From positions 1,841,940 through 1,905,939 of the forward strand of contig OZ244973.1 of the NCBI GenBank assembly GCA_965222885.1: a stretch of 64,000 nucleotides of DNA. The letters run 5' to 3'. The position numbers and the translations under genes were made by a program. Origin of the DNA: Terriglobia bacterium (lineage in GTDB: Bacteria; Acidobacteriota; Terriglobia; UBA7540; JAPUME01). A model generated the notes under the pieces. It saw only the letters and a list, made by a program, of their open reading frames with translations, had not been told where the DNA came from and ran no database searches. Positions 53,129-63,276 of this stretch are shown piece after piece (positions within the stretch are counted from its first letter, which is position 1; the number at the start of each line of letters is the position of its first letter).

Positions 53129-54538
53129 ATGCAGCTTCAATTGCAGGAGGTGGGCGAAATTCTGGGCAGCGGAGCGGTGAGGCGATCCGCCGTTTGTGAG
53201 CGCTACAGTACCGACTCTCGCCGGGTCGAGCCGGGTGACCTTTTCTTTGCCATTCCCGGTCCTCGTTTTGACGGGCACGATTTCGTCCCCGCGGCGTTGG
53301 AAAAAGGAGCCGCAGGGGCGGTGGTCCGGGAAGGGTGCCTGGGAGGATACCCCGCATCGCTCCGACCTTCTCTTTTGGGAGTCCCGGATACGACCCGCGC
53401 GCTCCAGGAATTGGGGCAGGCCGTCCGGCGGAAGTGGTCGGGGCCGTTGGTCGCGGTGACGGGCAGCGCCGGGAAGACAACCACCAAGGAGATGATCGCG
53501 TCCCTGCTGGGCGCGCGGTTGTCGGTTCTCAAGTCCCCGGGGAATCTGAACAACGAACTGGGGGTCCCCCTCTCTCTGCTGGCGCTCGAAAATAGCCATC
53601 AAGTTGCTGTCATGGAACTGGCCATGTCCCATCCCGGGGAAATTCGCCGCTTGGCAAGCGTGGTGGAACCGAACGTTGGGGTGGTGACGAACGTCGCTCC
53701 GGTCCACCTGGAGTTCTTCGAATCGCTGGCTGCCATTGCCCGTGCGAAGTATGAACTGGTGGAGCAATTGCCGTCCGATGGGGTTTTGGTGCTCAACGCC
53801 GATGATGAGCATGTGCGGCAGTTCCGGGAGAGGTTTTCGGGCCGAGTGGTAACGTTTGGGGTGGAGTCGCGGGCGGACTATCAGGCCACGCGGCTCCGGG
53901 TGACCTCCGAGGGCGGTATGGACTTTGATTTGCGGGCGGAGGGCAGGGTTTTACCCGTTTCGCTCCATCTCCCCGGCGAGCATAACGTAAGGAATGCGCT
54001 GGCCGCCGTTGCCGTGGCGCGGCAATTTGACGTTCCGCTGGACTCGATTGTGCCGGCCCTCGATCAGCTCCGCTCCTATGGTCAGCGGAGTGAGGTTTTT
54101 CGTCTGCCCGGCGGTGTTACCCTCATCAATGACTCCTACAATTCGAACCCCCAGGCCTTGGAGGAGATGTTGCGGGTACTCGGAACGTGGCCGTCGGCGG
54201 GACGGCGGCTCCTGGTCGCCGGGGAGATGCTGGAGTTGGGTGAGACAGCTCCGCAATGGCATTGTAAACTGGGAGAAAAGGCGGTGGCGATGGGCCGGGT
54301 GGACTGGCTGGTGGCCGTTCAGAACCAAGCGCGCTCTTTTCTCGAGGGTGCCCGGCAGGCCGGCCTGAAGAGTTCTCGCATGCGGTTCTTTGCCAGGGTG
54401 GAGGAGGCCGGAGAATTTGTATCCTCTTTGATCTCGGCGGGCGATACGGTGCTCGTCAAGGGATCCCGGGGAGTAGGTCTGGAAAGATTGGTGGAGCGCG
54501 TTCGTTCCCACGCGGAAAGTTCATCCGCGGCCCCATAG
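53129..54538 (+). CDS. murF: UDP-MurNAc-tripeptide--D-Ala-D-Ala ligase
   Basis: GSAGKTTTKE, NNELGVP, DSYNSNP, VKGSRG. Confidence 0.95.
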   Translation: MQLQLQEVGEILGSGAVRRSAVCERYSTDSRRVEPGDLFFAIPGPRFDGHDFVPAALEKGAAGAVVREGCLGGYPASLRPSLLGVPDTTRALQELGQAVRRKWSGPLVAVTGSAGKTTTKEMIASLLGARLSVLKSPGNLNNELGVPLSLLALENSHQVAVMELAMSHPGEIRRLASVVEPNVGVVTNVAPVHLEFFESLAAIARAKYELVEQLPSDGVLVLNADDEHVRQFRERFSGRVVTFGVESRADYQATRLRVTSEGGMDFDLRAEGRVLPVSLHLPGEHNVRNALAAVAVARQFDVPLDSIVPALDQLRSYGQRSEVFRLPGGVTLINDSYNSNPQALEEMLRVLGTWPSAGRRLLVAGEMLELGETAPQWHCKLGEKAVAMGRVDWLVAVQNQARSFLEGARQAGLKSSRMRFFARVEEAGEFVSSLISAGDTVLVKGSRGVGLERLVERVRSHAESSSAAP

Positions 54539-54545
54539 GTTCAGG

Positions 54546-55679
54546 ATGCTCTATTATCTGTTGTATGAAATGTTAGTGGATTACGTCGGTATCTTGAATG
54601 TCTTCCGTTATCTTACTTTCCGCACCGCCTACGCCGCTCTTACCGCCCTGTTGATATCCATGCTGGTCGGGCCGTGGATGATCCGCAAGCTGAAAGATTT
54701 TCAGATCGGCCAATATATCCGCGACGACGGCCCGGATTCCCATCAGCGAAAAGCGGGCACGCCTACCATGGGCGGCCTGCTGATTATTCCCTGCATTCTG
54801 GTTCCCACGCTCTTATGGGCGGACCTTACGAACCGGTTTATATGGCTGGTTATGGGTTCCATGCTGGCCTACGGGCTGGTGGGATTTTGGGACGATTTGC
54901 AGAAAGTTACCGGCCGGCGCAACCGGGGGTTGGGCGTCCACGCGAAATTGAAATTTCAGATTGCCGTGGCCCTGGGGGTGGGTCTGATGTTGCTTTTTCA
55001 GGCGGCGCAAGGTAGCTTTAATACCAAAATGATCTTCCCGTTTTTCAAGCGTCTCCAGCCCGATCTATTGCTTTACCGATTCTTGGACTCTGTTTGGACT
55101 TGGCCTTTGGCCTATTTGCCGTTCCTGGTTCTGGTGACCTTGGTGTTGGTGGGTTCTTCCAATGCCGTGAACCTGACCGACGGGTTGGATGGGTTGGCCA
55201 TCGGCTGCGTGGTCATTTCCAGCGCGGCCCTCACCGTTCTCTGTTACGTGGCGGGCCATTCCCAGTGGGCCGATTATCTCGACGTGGCTCATTTGCCGGG
55301 AATGGGAGAGCTCACCATTTTCTGCGGGGCGATGGTCGGGGCGAGTCTTGGGTTTCTTTGGTATAACGCCTTTCCCGCCCAGATTTTCATGGGAGACGTG
55401 GGCTCGCTCGCCCTGGGGGGTGCCATCGGCACGGTGGCATTGATTATCAAGCAGGAATTGCTCCTTTTCTTCGTTGGCGGAATCTTTGTCATCGAAGCGC
55501 TGTCGGTCATTTTGCAGGTTGCGTCCTTTCGATTATCGGGCCGCCGTGTATTCAGAATGGCCCCTTTGCATCATCACTTTGAGCTGGCGGGGTGGACGGA
55601 GTCGAAAATCATCATCCGTTTCTGGATCCTGGCCCTGATTTTCGCTCTATTGGCTCTGACGACTCTGAAGATCCGATAA
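54546..55679 (+). CDS. mraY: Phospho-N-acetylmuramoyl-pentapeptide transferase
   Basis: KAGTPTMGG, NLTDGLDGL, FMGDVG, MAPLHHHFE. Confidence 0.97.
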   Translation: MLYYLLYEMLVDYVGILNVFRYLTFRTAYAALTALLISMLVGPWMIRKLKDFQIGQYIRDDGPDSHQRKAGTPTMGGLLIIPCILVPTLLWADLTNRFIWLVMGSMLAYGLVGFWDDLQKVTGRRNRGLGVHAKLKFQIAVALGVGLMLLFQAAQGSFNTKMIFPFFKRLQPDLLLYRFLDSVWTWPLAYLPFLVLVTLVLVGSSNAVNLTDGLDGLAIGCVVISSAALTVLCYVAGHSQWADYLDVAHLPGMGELTIFCGAMVGASLGFLWYNAFPAQIFMGDVGSLALGGAIGTVALIIKQELLLFFVGGIFVIEALSVILQVASFRLSGRRVFRMAPLHHHFELAGWTESKIIIRFWILALIFALLALTTLKIR

Positions 55680-57250
55680 TGCGCAGCACTCTTTCGGTAT
55701 TCGATAGAATCCGATTCGTCATCTCCGGGGATTGGCACAAGGAAAGGCGAGGCGGCGAGGTGTGGCCCGGTAGAAATGCCTCGGCGACCCCGGTAGATGT
55801 GTCGGGCCGCCGCGTTTTGGTGGTCGGCCTCGGGAAGACCGGTTGGGCCGCGGTTCGCCTGCTCCGCAGTCAGGGAGCTCAGGTCACGGTTTCCGATTTC
55901 CGCCCGCCCTCCGTTTTCCAGGATGTAATCGGTGACCTCATTGACCAACAGGTGACCATCGAGCTGGGGCGGCATACGGAGGCCACTTTCTGCCACCAGG
56001 ATTGCATCGTTGTCAGCCCCGGGGTGGACCCCAAGCTGCCAGTTCTACGCACGGCCCGGGACCAGGGCATTCCCGTCGTTTCGGAAGTGGAAGCCGCCAG
56101 TTGGTTTGTGCAAGCTCCGATCGTCGGGATCACGGGTTCGAACGGAAAAACCACCACCACGTCTTTGCTCGGGGAGATTCTGGCGGCTTCCGGCTTTCCC
56201 GTTCAGGTCGGAGGGAATATCGGGACTCCTTTGATTTCACAGGTGCAGTCCTCCGATCCCCGAGGATTTTTCGTTGTCGAGCTCAGCAGTTTTCAACTGG
56301 AGGCGATCCTCGACTTTCGCCCGTTCGTAGCCGTGCTTCTCAACCTGACTCCGGATCACCTCGACCGCCATGGTTCGTTTTCAGAGTACGTGGCCGCCAA
56401 AGTGAATCTGTTCCGCAACCAGACCGCGGATGATTTTGCCGTCCTCAATGCCGATGATCCGCAGGTGATGGCGGTGGCCAAATCCTTGCGGAGTTTCGTG
56501 GTGCCTTTCAGTCGCAAACGGGAGCTGCTCGAGGGGGTGTTTGTACAGGACGGCGAGATCATTTATCGCATGGGCAATCTGGAAGCGAGTGTTCTCGCCC
56601 TAAAAGATATTCAAATCCGGGGACTGCATAACCTGGAAAATGTTCTGGCCGCGGTGGCGACCTCTTGCGTGTTGGGGGCCGATCTGAAGAGGATCGGGGA
56701 ACCGACGCGCCGGTTCCGAGGAGTCGAGCACCGGCTGGAATTTGTCCGCCAAATTCGCAACGTGAGCTTCTACAACGATTCGAAGGCCACTAATGTGGAA
56801 GCGACCTCGCGGTCGGTTGACGCCTTCGCTCCGGGGGTCCACCTGATCCTGGGCGGCCAGGAAAAGGGCAGCAGCTTCCGGCCTCTGCGGCGGTCTTTGC
56901 AAGGCAAGGTGGAAAGAATTTTTCTGATCGGGTCCGCGGCCGAACGTATTGCGGCGGATATTTCCGGAGTCGGAGAAGTCGTCCACTGTGGCGATCTGCC
57001 AAGAGCGGTGCGGGAGGCCTTCCGGGGTGCTCGCGCCGGCGATACCGTTTTGTTGGCTCCTGCTTGTGCCAGTTACGATCAATTTCAGGATTTTGAACAT
57101 CGCGGCAGGGTTTATAAAGAGACCGTTTTCGAACTTGCCCAGGAGACCGGGCCCGATTTCCCCAAGGAAATTCGGTTGAAATCTTTGTCCGTATTGCCCT
57201 CCAAGCCGGACCCGGAATCGAACCCAGGAACACGAATTAGGAGAAGATAG
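55679..57250 (+). CDS. murD: UDP-MurNAc-L-Ala--D-Glu ligase (start uncertain: ATG 55679 or GTG 55760)
   Basis: GLGKTG, GSNGKTTT, ELSSFQL, NDSKATN, PACASYDQF. Confidence 0.94.
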   Translation: MRSTLSVFDRIRFVISGDWHKERRGGEVWPGRNASATPVDVSGRRVLVVGLGKTGWAAVRLLRSQGAQVTVSDFRPPSVFQDVIGDLIDQQVTIELGRHTEATFCHQDCIVVSPGVDPKLPVLRTARDQGIPVVSEVEAASWFVQAPIVGITGSNGKTTTTSLLGEILAASGFPVQVGGNIGTPLISQVQSSDPRGFFVVELSSFQLEAILDFRPFVAVLLNLTPDHLDRHGSFSEYVAAKVNLFRNQTADDFAVLNADDPQVMAVAKSLRSFVVPFSRKRELLEGVFVQDGEIIYRMGNLEASVLALKDIQIRGLHNLENVLAAVATSCVLGADLKRIGEPTRRFRGVEHRLEFVRQIRNVSFYNDSKATNVEATSRSVDAFAPGVHLILGGQEKGSSFRPLRRSLQGKVERIFLIGSAAERIAADISGVGEVVHCGDLPRAVREAFRGARAGDTVLLAPACASYDQFQDFEHRGRVYKETVFELAQETGPDFPKEIRLKSLSVLPSKPDPESNPGTRIRRR

Positions 57251-57256
57251 GAAGGC

Positions 57257-58354
57257 GTGCCCCGTCATTTGGCCTCGGACCGTTATTTATTCGGTGCCAC
57301 GCTGGTTTTGGTGCTGTTCGGAGTGCTGATGGTATTCAGTGCCTCGGCGATGGCGGCTGAGGCTCGGTTGGGTACCGGCTACTATTTTCTGGCCCGGCAA
57401 TTGATCTGGGCGGTCTTCGGGTTGATGATGCTGGTGGGTTTCATGCACTTCGACTATCGTCGCCTGCGCCGTCCCGCCGTGGTGTTTCCTGCTTTTTTCC
57501 TCCAGTTGACGTTGCTGGTGGCGGCGCTGTTATGGCCGGACGTGGACACGGTGCGCCGGTGGCTCCCGTTGGGAAAGTTCTTTCTCCAACCCTCGGAAAT
57601 CAGCAAAGTAGTTCTGATCATTTTCTTGGCCTACTTTCTGGAGAAACGCCGCGGTAAGGTCAACGAATTCCTGGGAACTCTATTGCCGATGGGATTCCTG
57701 GCCGGGCTCACGGTCCTGCTGGTTTTACAAGGGCCGGATTTGGGAACGGCGGCTCTTCTGGGATTTACCGCTTCTGCCGTCCTGTTTGCTGCGGGTCTTC
57801 GCCTGACCTATATCGGTTGCGGCCTGGTTTTTTCCGCCATTGGGCTCTATTTTCTGGTCGTAGATGTTCCTTATCGGTATAACCGCATCCTCGCTTTTCT
57901 TGACCCTCATGCCGACCCTATGGGCAAAGGCTTCCAAATCATTCAATCCCTGACGGCGGTGGGAAGCGGCGGCATTTCCGGGTTGGGATTCATGGAAAGC
58001 CGCCAGAAACTTTATTACCTCCCCGCCGCCCACACCGATTTCATCTTCGCAGTGATCGGCGAGGAGTTGGGATTCATCGGCTGCCTGGCCGTTCTGTCCC
58101 TGTTTGCGGTGATTCTGTGGCGGGGGATGCGGGCGTCCTTGCGGTGCCGGGACGAATTCGGGCGTCTGCTCGCCTTGGGGTTGACCTCGATGCTGATTCT
58201 ACAAGCCCTGATCAACGTAAGTGTAGTGGTCGGGTTGCTGCCCACCAAAGGTATCCCGCTGCCCCTTGTTAGTTACGGCGGCAGTTCGCTGGTGAGCAGC
58301 TTGATGGCGATCGGGATTCTGCTGAATATTTCCCAGCATTCCAGTTTGGAATGA
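57257..58354 (+). CDS. ftsW: SEDS peptidoglycan polymerase FtsW
   Basis: QPSE, PDLGT, HTDFIF, SYGGSS. Confidence 0.95.
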   Translation: MPRHLASDRYLFGATLVLVLFGVLMVFSASAMAAEARLGTGYYFLARQLIWAVFGLMMLVGFMHFDYRRLRRPAVVFPAFFLQLTLLVAALLWPDVDTVRRWLPLGKFFLQPSEISKVVLIIFLAYFLEKRRGKVNEFLGTLLPMGFLAGLTVLLVLQGPDLGTAALLGFTASAVLFAAGLRLTYIGCGLVFSAIGLYFLVVDVPYRYNRILAFLDPHADPMGKGFQIIQSLTAVGSGGISGLGFMESRQKLYYLPAAHTDFIFAVIGEELGFIGCLAVLSLFAVILWRGMRASLRCRDEFGRLLALGLTSMLILQALINVSVVVGLLPTKGIPLPLVSYGGSSLVSSLMAIGILLNISQHSSLE

Positions 58355-58462
58355 GAGGAAAGTCATTCGCCGTTTCGTTCGAGAGGATATTCTACTCGCG
58401 CCGGGTCGGGTCCTTTCTCCTCGTCCACCCGAAATCTCCGCGTTTTGTTAAGGAGAACAGAG

Positions 58463-59137
58463 GTGCTGCAAAGGCCGATTCAGTGGATCACCTTCGACTG
58501 TTACGGAACCCTGATCGATTGGAAACGGGGAATTCAGGGCTTTTTTCGTGAGCTTGTGACTGGCCCGGGGGCCAGTGAGAGCCTCACCCGCATCTTTGAG
58601 CGGTGGGAGGCCATTCAATTCCGAATGATTCAGGGTCCGTACCGAGAGTACCACATCATCCTTCGTAACAGCCTCATCGAAACGATCCGGGAGTTGAAAA
58701 CCGATTTCTCCGAGGAGTCTGCGGATCTTCTTTCGCAGAGGTTGCCGCGCTGGGAACCCTTTTCGGACGTTCGAGAAATACTCCCTCGGCTCCAGGCACG
58801 ATACAAGTTGGGTATTATTTCCAATATCGATAATGACATGATCGAGGAGACGGTTCGGTGGATGGGAGTTGACTTTGATGCCATCGTCACGGCGCAACAG
58901 GCTCGTGCTTATAAACCCAACCCGGCGCCCTTCCAATTGTTTTTGCGGCGTTCAAGAATACTTCCAGAAGAAGTTCTCCACGCCGCGTTCGGATTCCGTT
59001 ACGATCTGACTCCTGCGAGGTCTGCCGGTTTTCAGACCGCCTTTGTCAGGCGCTCGGGCCAGACGATACCCCGCGGATTTTCGGCCGACGTCGAAGTCCG
59101 TGACCTGGGGGATCTACTGACTATGCTGGACGGCTAG
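58463..59137 (+). CDS. HAD hydrolase, haloacid dehalogenase type II-like
   Basis: FDCYGTLIDW, SNID, YKP; AGGAG RBS before GTG. Confidence 0.9.
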   Translation: MLQRPIQWITFDCYGTLIDWKRGIQGFFRELVTGPGASESLTRIFERWEAIQFRMIQGPYREYHIILRNSLIETIRELKTDFSEESADLLSQRLPRWEPFSDVREILPRLQARYKLGIISNIDNDMIEETVRWMGVDFDAIVTAQQARAYKPNPAPFQLFLRRSRILPEEVLHAAFGFRYDLTPARSAGFQTAFVRRSGQTIPRGFSADVEVRDLGDLLTMLDG

Positions 59138-59281
59138 GTGTCCCGCAGGAAGAGAGGGATCAAAGCGATGCAGATTTCCGCAGCCGAAAGAGGTAATGGA
59201 CGCTAAGGATTCCGTTGCCATTACATTTCGACGGGCCGAGTTTCCTGCTGGAAGAACTGTGAAAAGAGAGGTCTTGCCAAA

Positions 59282-60706
59282 TCAGGAGGAAAGCGGGAGG
59301 CGCGCGGAGGCCTCCTGATAGACGTCGTCGCGGGTCTTCAATCCTCCTGCCAGATACTTTCCCGCGGCGGCCAGGTGATGCCAGCGGTCCGGTGCCGTCG
59401 ATTCCTGGAAGCTTTCAATCTGCGCATCGGTGTATTTGGTCAGGTGGGAATCCTGGCAGGTGGACGCCATTCCCGCCAGCAGGGAAGTCAACCCGGTGGA
59501 GGGATAACCCAGATTTCCATAGCTCAGAATGCTGTCACCGGCAGCTTCCCCGTCTCCTTCCTCCAACTGATGTTCGATGGTTGCGAGCGACGCGTCGGTG
59601 CGAGGCTTGCGGAGTCGCGGCGAAAATTCCATCGGGCCATCGGCAAATGCCAGATGATAGAGCGCCACCCACGCCGCGCCGGCCAGGCAAAGCTCCTTGG
59701 CCTCGGAGTCGTCCACCAGCCGGGCGGACCACCGGAGAGCGTGCAAGGTCGTCAGGGCATGGACCCAGACGATGTCCAACCGTAGAGGGCCTGCGAGCAT
59801 CAGGTGGGTCGCTGCCAACGCTGCGGCTTCCCAGAGAAATCGAGTGGGTGCTCCCTGGCCTAATCGCTGCCCCAGCATCTCCCAGGGCCCGTTCAATAGC
59901 TGCTGATCCAGGGTGTGGTGGAGCGAGGGAGCAATCCCTTGTCCGGCGCGATTCTCAGGCGGGCGCGGCGTTCCGGATAACAACGCTCCGGCCAAGTCGC
60001 TGCGCAGCTTGCTTTCGTTCCCGGAGGCATGGAAACTTTTCCACTCCACCGGGCTCGCTTTTCTCAGCACGCCCAAGCCGGAAAAACACGGTTGGGAAGA
60101 GAACATCTGGTAGGTCGCTGCCAGCCATGTGGCGACCCAGGGGAAGAGAGTGTTGCTCCGGTTCCCTCCGGTGAACTCAAGCGCGCGGGTCATGTGCATG
60201 GTCCCGATCAGGGAATGTTCCAATAGACCTTCCAGAGCCAGTCGAGCCAGGGAACTGGATGCCCGCAACCGCCCTTGCTGGTGATCCACCGTCAGGATGA
60301 GTTGAGCGGCAGTCTTCGTGTCACCCTTGCGGATGGCGTTTCGCAGGTGTTGGAGGCCGACGCGGTAACCGGAACCCACGACGGGTGGAATGGATCCTAA
60401 AGATTGCAGACGTCTTGCGGCCAGGTTGGCCTCGGCTACCGACTGAATCGCTGCGATATGCTGATACCGCGCCGGACTGATGGCTGCCAGCCGGTAGCGG
60501 GCGTGGATCGAGAGCGGAGCGTGCGTACCCAGACTGAAGTCTGCGAAATTTCCGGAAGCCACCGGCTGCCGTAGAGCTACCTCCAGGGCCGCTCGATGGA
60601 GAGAAGCCGGATTCTGCGACTGCCCAACAAGCTCGGCCATACTGGGAACGATCTGATGGGACTCGGCTTCTTCAATCTTACGAACCAGATCGGTATGCGC
60701 CACCAC
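59282..60706 (-). CDS. Helical hypothetical protein, possibly questin-oxidase-like
   Basis: 474 aa; HALTTLHA and DSHLTK motifs. Confidence 0.6.
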   Translation of the reverse strand: MVAHTDLVRKIEEAESHQIVPSMAELVGQSQNPASLHRAALEVALRQPVASGNFADFSLGTHAPLSIHARYRLAAISPARYQHIAAIQSVAEANLAARRLQSLGSIPPVVGSGYRVGLQHLRNAIRKGDTKTAAQLILTVDHQQGRLRASSSLARLALEGLLEHSLIGTMHMTRALEFTGGNRSNTLFPWVATWLAATYQMFSSQPCFSGLGVLRKASPVEWKSFHASGNESKLRSDLAGALLSGTPRPPENRAGQGIAPSLHHTLDQQLLNGPWEMLGQRLGQGAPTRFLWEAAALAATHLMLAGPLRLDIVWVHALTTLHALRWSARLVDDSEAKELCLAGAAWVALYHLAFADGPMEFSPRLRKPRTDASLATIEHQLEEGDGEAAGDSILSYGNLGYPSTGLTSLLAGMASTCQDSHLTKYTDAQIESFQESTAPDRWHHLAAAGKYLAGGLKTRDDVYQEASARLPLSS

Positions 60707-61040
60707 CGCCTCTATGCCTCCGTCTGTTTCCTATCCTGTCGGAGTATGATCTTGGCCATGCTGCCGAAAAATCCGGTGCCTGTCAAGAGCGGTCGCAGGA
60801 TTACGGATTCGACCTCCGGTTCCATTTTTACGCTCGACTTACTACCGCACCGCACGGCGGGGAAATCCCCAGACGGGTGGCACTTGCCGCCAAGCTCTCC
60901 ACCGACTAGACTGATCGGAAAGCGGCTTGCTCTTTTCTGCCGGCTCGCGCGCGGTAGGATCGGGACGCTTATCTTAGGCAAGAGGAGGGCCGGTGCTGTT
61001 AAAAGTCGGAAAATCAAGGCCGTTTCGGGAGGGAATCCCC

Positions 61041-61487
61041 ATGCTCGGAGGATTATTCCTGGCTGTTATCCTGCTGCCGGCCGCGATCACGGTAGCTGGG
61101 GGTCAAGTGGAAAGTGAGCTTGAAGACATCACGGGACGCTACTCTTTTCTTTCCGCCGACGACCTGTTGGCGATCCTTGACGAGGACGGAGATTTGGCGG
61201 GGTACATTGATGTCTATCAGACGGAAGGGGAGTCGGACGATATTTTCAGTTACACTCTCGCGCATGGAACGCGCCGCGGCCGGAAGGTGAAATTCAAGAC
61301 GATCACCATTCACGGTCTCTATTATCGCTTTTCCGGGAAGGTGGAGCGCGGCGAGGCTCGAAAGCCGCATCAAAGGGACTACTTGCGGCTGATCGGCAGC
61401 CTGGCAATCGTCAGGCGAAATCCCGCCACGAAGGAGGAGAAGGCCGAACGCCGGCACGTTGTTCTGGAAAGCCTGGGCGATGAGTAA
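61041..61487 (+). CDS. Hypothetical exported protein
   Basis: GGAGGG RBS; signal-peptide-like N-terminus. Confidence 0.65.
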   Translation: MLGGLFLAVILLPAAITVAGGQVESELEDITGRYSFLSADDLLAILDEDGDLAGYIDVYQTEGESDDIFSYTLAHGTRRGRKVKFKTITIHGLYYRFSGKVERGEARKPHQRDYLRLIGSLAIVRRNPATKEEKAERRHVVLESLGDE

Positions 61488-61560
61488 TTCCGGGCTGCGT
61501 TCGGGACCCTCGAAGTGATTTTTTCCTTGACCCGTTTGCAAAGTTTCCGGAAGGAACCGC

Positions 61561-62353
61561 GTGCGTAACCCTCTTCCGTTTCGTGACCAGGTGGCCATCG
61601 TGACCGGCGCGGGGCAGGGCATCGGCCGGCGTATCGCCTTGGACCTGGTTGAGCAGGGCGCGTGGGTAGCCTTTGTCGGCCGTCAAAAGAAGAAGCTCGA
61701 GCAGGCGGCACGCTTGGCGGGGGCCGGCCGGCAACCGACGCTCGTCATTCCGGCGGATATTGGCCGGAAGGACCAGGTGTGCCGGATGGTTCGCCAGGTG
61801 ATTCGCCGCTTTGGGCGGCTCGACATCCTCATCAACAATGCGGGCTCGCGCGGCCCCACCGCGCCGGTCGTGGAACTGGACCTGCCGAGTTGGCAACAGG
61901 TCATGGACGTGAATATCACCGGACCTTATCTGTGTTCCCGCGAGGCTTTCAAGTGGATGCTCCAAGGGGTCCATCGTCAACATGTCCTCCGTGGCGGGCC
62001 AACACGGCTATCCGCTACGAGCCGCTTATGCGGCGTCGAAGTGGGGTGTGATTGGTCTGACGCTTTCGCTGGCGCAGGAGGGGGGTGCCGCTGGCGTCCG
62101 CGTGAACGCCATCTGTCCGGGCCCGGTCGAGGGCCCTGGACTCCAAGGCGTCCTGGTGGAGCGAGCCGAAAAGCTCGGAGTGCCGGTCGAGGAGATGCGT
62201 CAGCGCTTCCTGCGGCCCCTGGCCTTGGGCCGTCCCGTCACCGAGGAAGACATCAGCCGGGCAGTGCAGTTCCTCTGTTCGGATGCCGCAGCCAACATTA
62301 CCGGCCAAGTCCTGAACGTGGATGCCGGTTTCGGCCTCTGGCCGGCGCTTTAG
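61561..62353 (+). pseudogene. SDR oxidoreductase with frameshift near 61967
   Basis: TGAGQGIG and NNAG in one frame; GSIVNMSS, YAASK and NAICPG in another. Confidence 0.85.
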
Positions 62354-62472
62354 AGGAATTCATGCGAACCGTTGAACCTTGAAACGGCTCGCAACAACGG
62401 GGCGTTGCAGCCCGAAATTCTCGCAACGCTGCTGCAGATGGCCCTTTATACGGGTTTTCCTGCTTGTTGGGA

Positions 62473-63276
62473 CTAGCTTCCACCACCCTTCTTGGCTTGG
62501 TCGTTCAGGCCCCAGTCATAATCTCGAAATACAACCTGGATCTTCTTGAAACGGGCCAGTTGCTGTTTGCGTTCCGGGGTCAGGTAGAGTTGGACGTAAT
62601 CTTGCAATTCGACTTTCCTGCCCAGGTGATTCTGCCCCCAGGAAAGAAAGTCCTCCTCATACCAGTCGAAAATTTTTGCAAGTACCAGTCGATTCGTGCC
62701 GGGCTCGAGCCGGACGTGGCGGTCATCGTTGTGGTACTCCCGCGCCACTTGGTCGAGCTGCTCGTTGATCCTTTCAGGATGAAAGATTTCCCGGGGCAGC
62801 CTGGGGCAGCCGCGAGAAGCGCAATTGAGCGCAAAGTGGATGCGAGGATCGCCAAAGCCTTTACGGATGATTTCGTTCTCCAGATTCCGGAAGCTCATTT
62901 TCTTGCCGCCCAGGCGAATGTACCGAAAGAAAAAAACACTGTAGGGAATCCATCCGATATCGGTGATCTTCTGCACCGGATAGTGGTCCACCACGACGCG
63001 GAGAATCCATGCATTGTAGGCGTTGATCCAGTAGGCCAGGCGGCTCTCCGGCGTCTGAAACAGCGCCGGATGGCTGGCCGGGCTGATTTTCGCGATGAGA
63101 GCGATAAAGGTATCGAGGTCCTGCCGCTTTGCCTTCAGCGCGGCATAGTTTACATAGCCCTGCTCGTCCACGTGCTCGGCCAGCACTCGTTCCCATGACG
63201 CATAGTGGAAACGATCCGTCCCGGAGGCTCCGATAGTGGCGAGGACCGTTACGAGGGTAAGAAGGATTCCCCGCAT
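62473..63276 (-). CDS. DUF547 domain protein
   Basis: LAYWINAYNA, DPRIHFALNCASRGCP, IFDWY..DF, YDWGLN; TGATG overlap with the upstream gene. Confidence 0.9.
   Translation of the reverse strand: MRGILLTLVTVLATIGASGTDRFHYASWERVLAEHVDEQGYVNYAALKAKRQDLDTFIALIAKISPASHPALFQTPESRLAYWINAYNAWILRVVVDHYPVQKITDIGWIPYSVFFFRYIRLGGKKMSFRNLENEIIRKGFGDPRIHFALNCASRGCPRLPREIFHPERINEQLDQVAREYHNDDRHVRLEPGTNRLVLAKIFDWYEEDFLSWGQNHLGRKVELQDYVQLYLTPERKQQLARFKKIQVVFRDYDWGLNDQAKKGGGS

Noticed and set aside
58351-58551. ORF overlapping the ftsW stop as a murG remnant
   Set aside because: No GGTGGH motif or other MurG similarity
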